From: an uncultured Bacteriovoracaceae bacterium | GTDB taxonomy: Bacteria > Bdellovibrionota > Bacteriovoracia > Bacteriovoracales > Bacteriovoracaceae | DNA: 11,171 bases | Reading direction: 5' to 3' | Assembly: GCA_964012805.1 (NCBI GenBank) | Contig: CAXGUD010000078.1 | Location: 1 to 11,171, forward strand | Part shown: positions 5,623 to 11,171 of the stretch, piece after piece | Layout: each line of letters opens with the position of its first letter | Numbering within the stretch: position 1 is the first letter of the stretch | The notes under the pieces: model-generated | What the model saw: the letters and a program-made list of their open reading frames with translations, nothing else | Databases searched by the model: none | What the model was told of the DNA's origin: nothing | Program-made: the position numbers and the translations under genes

Positions 5623-6606
5623 TTACCTCTCTTTGAGCATAAGTTTTATTTTGGTGATCACTTCTGGAATAACTTCTTTCATTAACCCTCTTCGGGTTGT
5701 AGCAGCAGAGTGTTTATGTCCTCCACCTCCCAGGGCCTGAGCAAGAAACTCCACATTAACATCACCAGTTGACCTGAAGCTAATTTTCACGTTTTCCCCT
5801 CTTTCTTTAAACATACAGGCCACTTTGATTTTCTTTAAAATAAGAAGGTGATTGATAAACCCATGAGTATCTTCATATTCAACATTGTATTTCTTTAATT
5901 GGTTTTCATAAAGACAAATCCAGGCAACGGTTCCCTCTTCTGTGACTTTTGTCTCACTTAAAATCTTTCCAAGAAGTTTTAAATAGGAGACTTCTTTAGT
6001 CCCATATATTTGATTATAAGCAATTGAAGGTTGAATACCAGAATCAAGAAGTTGGGCCAAAAGTCTGTGAGTTTTTCCACTTACTGTAGGATAGCGGAAG
6101 CTACTTGTATCAATAAGAATAGATGTGTAGAGAGGAAGGCTTATTTCTTTAGATAGGGGAATGCCAAGAGATTGAATTAAGGCCCCTGCTAATTCTCCCG
6201 TAGCGGATGCACTTGTATCAATGCAATGCAAACTCATGAGTTCAGGTGGGCAAGGGTGATGGTCAATGAAAAGAAGGTTCTTTGATTCCATAGCTAAGCG
6301 TCTAACGTTTTCTCCGATGCGATCAATTGAGTAAGTATCAACGACAATAAAAAGGTCGGTTTTTAAGCTTTTATATTTTTTTTTAAAACGATTAAATGAA
6401 TAGACTCTTTTTTCTTGATCAAGATATAAATAGCGGGGAAGAAGACCTTCCTCATTGACGCAATAAACCTTCTTATTGATTTTAGAAAGGGCAAGGCAAA
6501 GCGCAATTTGGCTTCCTATGCCATCGGCGTCCGGAAAAATATGTGTTGAGATGATAATGCTTTCTGCCTTATCAATGAGTTGTTTAAATTTTTTAATTAG
6601 ATCCAT
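5623..6606 (-). CDS. nrnA: DHH/DHHA1 phosphoesterase, NrnA-type bifunctional oligoribonuclease/PAP phosphatase
   Basis: Motifs THIFPDADGIGS, VVDT, IDHH, SASATGEL, DTSSFRY, SFRS and GGGGHKHSA. Stand-alone 327-aa length is typical. Confidence 0.92.
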   Translation of the reverse strand: MDLIKKFKQLIDKAESIIISTHIFPDADGIGSQIALCLALSKINKKVYCVNEEGLLPRYLYLDQEKRVYSFNRFKKKYKSLKTDLFIVVDTYSIDRIGENVRRLAMESKNLLFIDHHPCPPELMSLHCIDTSASATGELAGALIQSLGIPLSKEISLPLYTSILIDTSSFRYPTVSGKTHRLLAQLLDSGIQPSIAYNQIYGTKEVSYLKLLGKILSETKVTEEGTVAWICLYENQLKKYNVEYEDTHGFINHLLILKKIKVACMFKERGENVKISFRSTGDVNVEFLAQALGGGGHKHSAATTRRGLMKEVIPEVITKIKLMLKER

Positions 6607-6685
6607 AGGTCTAAAATCGGGAAGACAATTTAAAGCTTGAGTTTTTATTTAGGGAATAGATAGGTTTTTCCTTTTTAGGGGTTTT

Positions 6686-6694
6686 TGATAAAAT
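6686..6694 (+). promoter_or_regulatory. Candidate extended -10 element for the ABC operon
   Basis: TGaTAAAAT in the divergent intergenic region, about 46 nt upstream of the ATPase start. No convincing -35. Confidence 0.35.
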
Positions 6695-6740
6695 TTCGAG
6701 GAAATAAGCGAGAAGTTGAAATACCTAGGGGTTTGAAATT

Positions 6741-7730
6741 TTGGAAAATGCGATTGAAGTCAATAATTTGACTAAAGAATTTGCTCAAATAAAAGCTGTT
6801 TCTAATATGACTTTTTCTGTAAAGAAGGGTTCCATTCATGGTTTCCTTGGCCCAAATGGGTCGGGAAAGTCAACAACGATGAATTTGATTTGTGGCCTTT
6901 TAGTTCCCAATTCTGGAGAAATCTTGATTGGAGGAAAGAAAATAGAAACAGATTTTGATCAATTGAAAAGAAGTATTGGCTTTTTGCCAGAAGATCCACC
7001 TCTTTATAAGAATATGTTGGTAGAGGAATACATTAAATTTGTAGCTGGAATTAGAGGTGTTCCTAATTCTAAAGTTAAAAAGAGGGTTGAGACAATTCTA
7101 GCACAATGTGGCCTTGAAAAAGTTAAGAGGAGGCGGATTGGTAACCTATCTCTGGGCTATACGCAAAAAGTCGGAGTTGCCCAAGCTTTAGTTCATGATC
7201 CCGATGTTGTTCTTTTAGATGAGCCTACAAGGGGTTTAGACCCTGAAGCTGTAGATGAAATGAGGAAGCTCATAAAAGAACTTAAGGGTGAGAGGACACT
7301 CCTTCTATCAAGTCACCTCTTAAATGAAGTACAAAACCTTTGTTCAGAAATAACTATTATCAAAGAAGGACAGGTCATTCAAAATGGTTCACTTTCAGAA
7401 ATAAGAAGCCTTTTTCAACAGCAAAGAATGTTTAAAGCTGAGGTTCGCAAATTTAATGAAGAAATTTATCAAGCTTTTAGACTTAGGTTTGGGAAAGTTG
7501 TCAATTTGAATTTTGAGAAAAAAAAGGAAGAAAAAAGTGAAGAATATTCTCTTAATTTAAAAATGCCTAAGACTGATGATTTGAGATCAGAAGTTTGTAA
7601 TTTTCTTGTTGATAAAAAATGTGGGCTTCTTTCTTTTTCAGAAGAAAGTATTGGTGTTGAAGAAATTTTTAGACTGGCAACTGCTGAAGGTAATGTAAAA
7701 GAAAATTCTTTAAAGGAGAGTCTATTGTGA
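6741..7730 (+). CDS. ABC transporter ATP-binding protein (GldA-like, ABC-2 type)
   Basis: Walker A GPNGSGKST, signature LSLGYTQK, Walker B VVLLDEP, H-loop SSH and a C-terminal extension. TTG start. Confidence 0.96.
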   Translation: MENAIEVNNLTKEFAQIKAVSNMTFSVKKGSIHGFLGPNGSGKSTTMNLICGLLVPNSGEILIGGKKIETDFDQLKRSIGFLPEDPPLYKNMLVEEYIKFVAGIRGVPNSKVKKRVETILAQCGLEKVKRRRIGNLSLGYTQKVGVAQALVHDPDVVLLDEPTRGLDPEAVDEMRKLIKELKGERTLLLSSHLLNEVQNLCSEITIIKEGQVIQNGSLSEIRSLFQQQRMFKAEVRKFNEEIYQAFRLRFGKVVNLNFEKKKEEKSEEYSLNLKMPKTDDLRSEVCNFLVDKKCGLLSFSEESIGVEEIFRLATAEGNVKENSLKESLL

Positions 7731-8470
7731 ATCTTTTAAGAGGGATAATTTTAACCACAAAAAAAGAATTAAATGATTATTTTGGCTCTCCTCTTGTATA
7801 TATTTTAACAGGTTTATTTAATGCTATTATTGGGTGGCTTTTTTTTAATTATCTTGTTGGTGCAAAAAACCTAACACTTTTGAATCTATCTCATTCAGTC
7901 CTTATACCTCTTTTTGGAAATATAAATTTTCTTTTTTTATTTTTAGTACCGTTACTTAGCATGAAATTATTTTCTGAAGAAAAGAAATTTAAAACGCTGG
8001 ATTTACTTTTCTTGTCTCATTTAAGTCAGACACAAATCATTTTTTCAAAATTTTTAGCAGGGCTCCTCATATCTCTCTTTATTTTATCATGGACAATAGT
8101 ATTTCCCATTATTTTAGGTTTTAGCGGATATAATGACTGGGGATTGGTTTTCTCGTCTTATTTAGGGTTGGTTTTTTCAATTATTACTTATCTTTGGGTA
8201 GGTCTATTTTGTTCAAGTTTGACTGAAAACCCTATAATCTCTGCCCTAACGACTTTCTGCTTCCTTTTGGGAATGATGTTAATGGTCTTAACTGTGAACG
8301 CAACACATATAGAAATTTTAAACACATTTTTTCAGTATTTGAGTTCTCCTTTTCATTATGAAAGTTTTTCTCGCGGATCTATAAAAAGTTATAACCTTGT
8401 TTACATTTGTTCTTTTTCTCTCTTTTTTTACTTTCTTACATCCAAGTCTTTAGAAAGCAGGAGGTGGTAA
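7727..8470 (+). CDS. ABC-2 type permease (GldF-like)
   Basis: About six hydrophobic segments, KKELNDYFGSPLVY N-terminus, PLLSMKLFSEEKKFKTLDLL, SSLTEN and LESRRW C-terminus. GTGA overlap with the ATPase stop. Confidence 0.92.
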   Translation: MNLLRGIILTTKKELNDYFGSPLVYILTGLFNAIIGWLFFNYLVGAKNLTLLNLSHSVLIPLFGNINFLFLFLVPLLSMKLFSEEKKFKTLDLLFLSHLSQTQIIFSKFLAGLLISLFILSWTIVFPIILGFSGYNDWGLVFSSYLGLVFSIITYLWVGLFCSSLTENPIISALTTFCFLLGMMLMVLTVNATHIEILNTFFQYLSSPFHYESFSRGSIKSYNLVYICSFSLFFYFLTSKSLESRRW

Positions 8471-8471
8471 G

Positions 8472-10019
8472 ATGAAAGAATCAAAAAAAAATATGATTTT
8501 TTATACTCTTATATTTTCAAATCTTGTCACTTATCTTGTTATTCTTGCTTTGTGGATTTCCATTCCAAGCGAGTTGACACTTAACCTCTCGATAACTTTT
8601 TTTAACTTATGCTTTTCTCTTCTCTTAATCATTAAAGAGAGGGATCGTTTTGAGAAAATATACACATCTAAAAAGTTTAAGAAAATTTCTGAGGTTTTAG
8701 GAAGTTCTTTTTTAATTTTTTGTATTCTTTGTGTCATTAACCATCTTTTTTATAAAAATCCTAAAGGGTGGGATTTAACTAAACACAAGCAAAATTCGCT
8801 CTCTCCTGAGACTGTGAATATGCTAAAGAACCTTGAGGCATTACCGGAGATATTTGTTTTTAGCCGGAAACAAAATAAGGGTGCGATAGAAGCTCTTTTT
8901 AATCTCTACAAATTAGAAAAATCAGGGTTTAAAATTTCTCATATTGATGCTGAGTTGAGACCAGATCTTTTAAAAAAGTTTCATGTTAAGAAAGTTCCTA
9001 TGATTTTATTTAAAAATGGTTTTAGAGAGAAAAGAATTTTTTCTTCAAGTGAAGCATCCGTCACTAACGCTCTTGTTACTGTGATGAGAAAAAAAGACCC
9101 TCTTATTTATTATAGTATGGGACATCAAGAAGCAGATCCATTTGAAAGAGGAAAAGATGGAGTTAGTCATTTAATAAAGCTTTTAGAGAAGTCTCTTTTC
9201 CAGGTGAGACCTATTCATTTAGCGAGCTTGGAAGAAATACCTGAAAAAGTAGACTCCCTCATTATCTGGGGACCACGTGAAGGATTCCATGAAAATGAGC
9301 TTAAGACGATAGACTTATTTTTGAAAAGAGGGGGTAAGCTTCTTATTGGAATGGACCCTGATTTTGGAAAGGTCGATAAATTGCAAAGTCTGAGGAACCT
9401 CATTAATGAGTGGGGATTAAAGGTAAATAACGACCTAGTTGTGGATAGTTTAAACAATTATGCTGGGTCAAAGGGTTCTATTCCTTTGATTAAGAATTTC
9501 CCTAAAAATGATCCACTCACAAAAAATTTTAAAGGACCTCTTTTTTTCCCTCTTGTTTCCTCAGTCGAGAAGGGGAAAGACAATGGTGGGAAGTATCTAT
9601 TCCCTGTTAAAACTACAAATATTCCCGCGAGCTGGGCTGAAAAAACAAAACAAGAGGTCAACTCTGGTCGAGTTACTTTTAACTCAGGGGTCGACAAGCC
9701 AGGTCCTATTAGTGTTGTAGGTGCATGGGAAAGTGAGGAATTAAAAAAGAAAACAAAAATATATGCGTTTGGAAACACATCATTTGTTGTTAATGGGTAC
9801 GCAAACTTTGGTCAAAACTTTGCTTTTTTCTTAAGAGGAGTTTCGTGGCTTCATCAAGGAGAAAAAATTCTTAGTTTTACAGTCCCTAAAATTAAAGATG
9901 CGCCTGTTTTTATAAGCTCTCCTCAATTAGGAGTTATTTTTTATTTTTCAGTCCTTTTTGTTCCTCTTATGATGTTTTCTATAGCATTATTTATTTACAG
10001 GAGAAGTGTTAGATCGTGA
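8472..10019 (+). CDS. GldG-family ABC transporter auxiliary component
   Basis: N-terminal TM helices, WDLTKHKQNSLS, IYYSMGHQE, LIIWGP...FLKRGGKLLIGMDP, AFGNTSF...NFAFF and a C-terminal TM ending in YRR. Starts 1 nt after the permease stop. Confidence 0.9.
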   Translation: MKESKKNMIFYTLIFSNLVTYLVILALWISIPSELTLNLSITFFNLCFSLLLIIKERDRFEKIYTSKKFKKISEVLGSSFLIFCILCVINHLFYKNPKGWDLTKHKQNSLSPETVNMLKNLEALPEIFVFSRKQNKGAIEALFNLYKLEKSGFKISHIDAELRPDLLKKFHVKKVPMILFKNGFREKRIFSSSEASVTNALVTVMRKKDPLIYYSMGHQEADPFERGKDGVSHLIKLLEKSLFQVRPIHLASLEEIPEKVDSLIIWGPREGFHENELKTIDLFLKRGGKLLIGMDPDFGKVDKLQSLRNLINEWGLKVNNDLVVDSLNNYAGSKGSIPLIKNFPKNDPLTKNFKGPLFFPLVSSVEKGKDNGGKYLFPVKTTNIPASWAEKTKQEVNSGRVTFNSGVDKPGPISVVGAWESEELKKKTKIYAFGNTSFVVNGYANFGQNFAFFLRGVSWLHQGEKILSFTVPKIKDAPVFISSPQLGVIFYFSVLFVPLMMFSIALFIYRRSVRS

Positions 10020-11171
10020 AAACGAATGCAATTTACTTTTTGATTCTAACTTGTCTTTTGACATTCACATATTTTTTTCAGGAGCTGAAAGAAAGGGAAA
10101 GGTTTGCGGAAAAAGACCGCCGCGAAATTCTATTTAATGAGAAAGTTTATGGGCCTTTCTTAGGCTTTAATTTGAATGGCACTAACTTTTTTAAGGATGC
10201 TGATGGAAAATTTAAAACAAAAAAAAATATCCCTATTTCTCAGGAAAAAGTCTTAAAAGTCTTAAATATCCTTTCGGGTTTAAGGGTTGAAAAGATACTC
10301 CCAATGGAAGAAAAAAGCTTTAATAAAAGTAAGAAGCTTTTTTTTTCAACTCAAGAGCAACAAATTACTTTTAAATTTAAAAATAGTGAAATGATTTTTA
10401 CTTTGGGAGAAAAATTAACTTACTCTCAATCTTTTTACTTTAAGGTTAAATCTGGGAAGAAGACCGTTTTTGGAATTGCTAAAGACGTTTCAGATTTTAA
10501 AGCGTTGTATCAAAAGGAAAATTACGAGAATTCTTCCAAACGTTATGACCGCCTCTCAAATATTTTGAAACTTAATAGAAGGTATTTTATTGATAAAAAA
10601 ATAATGGGACCCTTTTCAAAAGTTCATTCGATAAAATTTGAAGGTATTGGAGGGGAAAAGTTTTCTCTAGATTTTAGCAAGCATACCACCTTCCCTGCTC
10701 ATTATGAAGGATTGTCTTATTCAAAAGCTAAATTCAATATTTTTAAAAAAGACTTAATGGAGTTAAAGGGCACATCTATTGTTGAAAACTGGGAACGGAA
10801 AAAGCTTTCAAAAAAACTAGTGACAATGATTTTTTCCTCGATGGGTAAGGAAGATTTTAAGTTAGAACTTTTTGGTAAGTATGGAAAAGAGAAAAGTTTT
10901 TTTATTTTAAAACCAGAGGACTCTTTATTATACAAAGTTAATCAAAAGAGTTTATTGCCTTTTGTTGTTTCTGTTCAAGATTTTTGGTCTCTTTACCCTC
11001 TAAGAAAAACCGATTTGAAAAAGAGTAATAGTGCTTTGAACAAAGGAATGTCTAGAGAAAGCCTGGCCAAGCAAAATCCAGAAAAAAAATCTGAAAAGGC
11101 AATCATCTCACTTTTAAAAAGAAGACCTTATAAGGTTTCTAAAAAAAAGCCTATAAAGGTTGGAGCATCAT
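10016..11171 (+). CDS. Membrane-anchored periplasmic protein, probably DUF4340-like; 3'-truncated by the window edge
   Basis: Not in the ORF track. GTG at 10016 overlaps the upstream TGA (GTGA), and the frame is open for 385 codons to the window end: MKTNAIYFLILTCLLTFTYFFQELKERERFAEKDRREILFN... Single N-terminal TM. DUF4340 genes commonly follow gldA/F/G-like clusters, so the family call rests mainly on context. Confidence 0.8.
   Translation, partial: MKTNAIYFLILTCLLTFTYFFQELKERERFAEKDRREILFNEKVYGPFLGFNLNGTNFFKDADGKFKTKKNIPISQEKVLKVLNILSGLRVEKILPMEEKSFNKSKKLFFSTQEQQITFKFKNSEMIFTLGEKLTYSQSFYFKVKSGKKTVFGIAKDVSDFKALYQKENYENSSKRYDRLSNILKLNRRYFIDKKIMGPFSKVHSIKFEGIGGEKFSLDFSKHTTFPAHYEGLSYSKAKFNIFKKDLMELKGTSIVENWERKKLSKKLVTMIFSSMGKEDFKLELFGKYGKEKSFFILKPEDSLLYKVNQKSLLPFVVSVQDFWSLYPLRKTDLKKSNSALNKGMSRESLAKQNPEKKSEKAIISLLKRRPYKVSKKKPIKVGAS

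Noticed and set aside
7147..7161. Non-canonical ABC signature LSLGY instead of LSGGQ
   Set aside because: LSxGY is normal for GldA-like ATPases and does not indicate inactivation.
6741..10019. Interpreting the operon as gliding-motility machinery
   Set aside because: GldA/F/G-like clusters occur in many non-gliding bacteria, and no other motility genes are in the window.
10247..10264. Tandem 9-bp repeat AAAGTCTTA x2, and many A/T homopolymers across the window
   Set aside because: The repeat is in frame (KVLKVL). Homopolymers reflect AT-rich Lys/Phe codons and no frameshifted gene is evident.
6802..10935. Short ORFs 6802-6999, 8531-8737, 9215-9457, 9458-9778, 9508-9720 and 10717-10935
   Set aside because: All are nested in or antisense to the long ABC operon genes, with no independent evidence.

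Overview
AT-rich bacterial chromosomal window that is mostly housekeeping or envelope genes, with no mobile element, CRISPR array, rRNA or tRNA visible. The mix of Lys-rich exported hypotheticals, TatT and a GldA/F/G-like ABC operon suggests Bdellovibrionota or another deltaproteobacterium-like lineage (inference only). Order: 5'-truncated DUF167/YggU gene; exported helical hypothetical; convergent 67-aa basic repeat protein preceded by a ~210-nt structured minus-strand leader; orphan TatT-like lipoprotein; Cys-rich exported 523-aa hypothetical; HAD phosphatase (-); 130-aa protein with FlgM-like motifs (+); single-domain response regulator and NrnA-type DHH phosphoesterase (-); and a four-gene ABC operon (ATPase, permease, GldG-like, DUF4340-like) whose last gene runs off the window and is missing from the ORF track. 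The most interesting element is the unit at 850-1303: a promoter, a multi-helix RNA whose G-U pairs favour the minus strand and which has a possible terminator/antiterminator switch, and a small ORF. I could not assign it to any known RNA family by eye. All structures were paired by hand, not computed.
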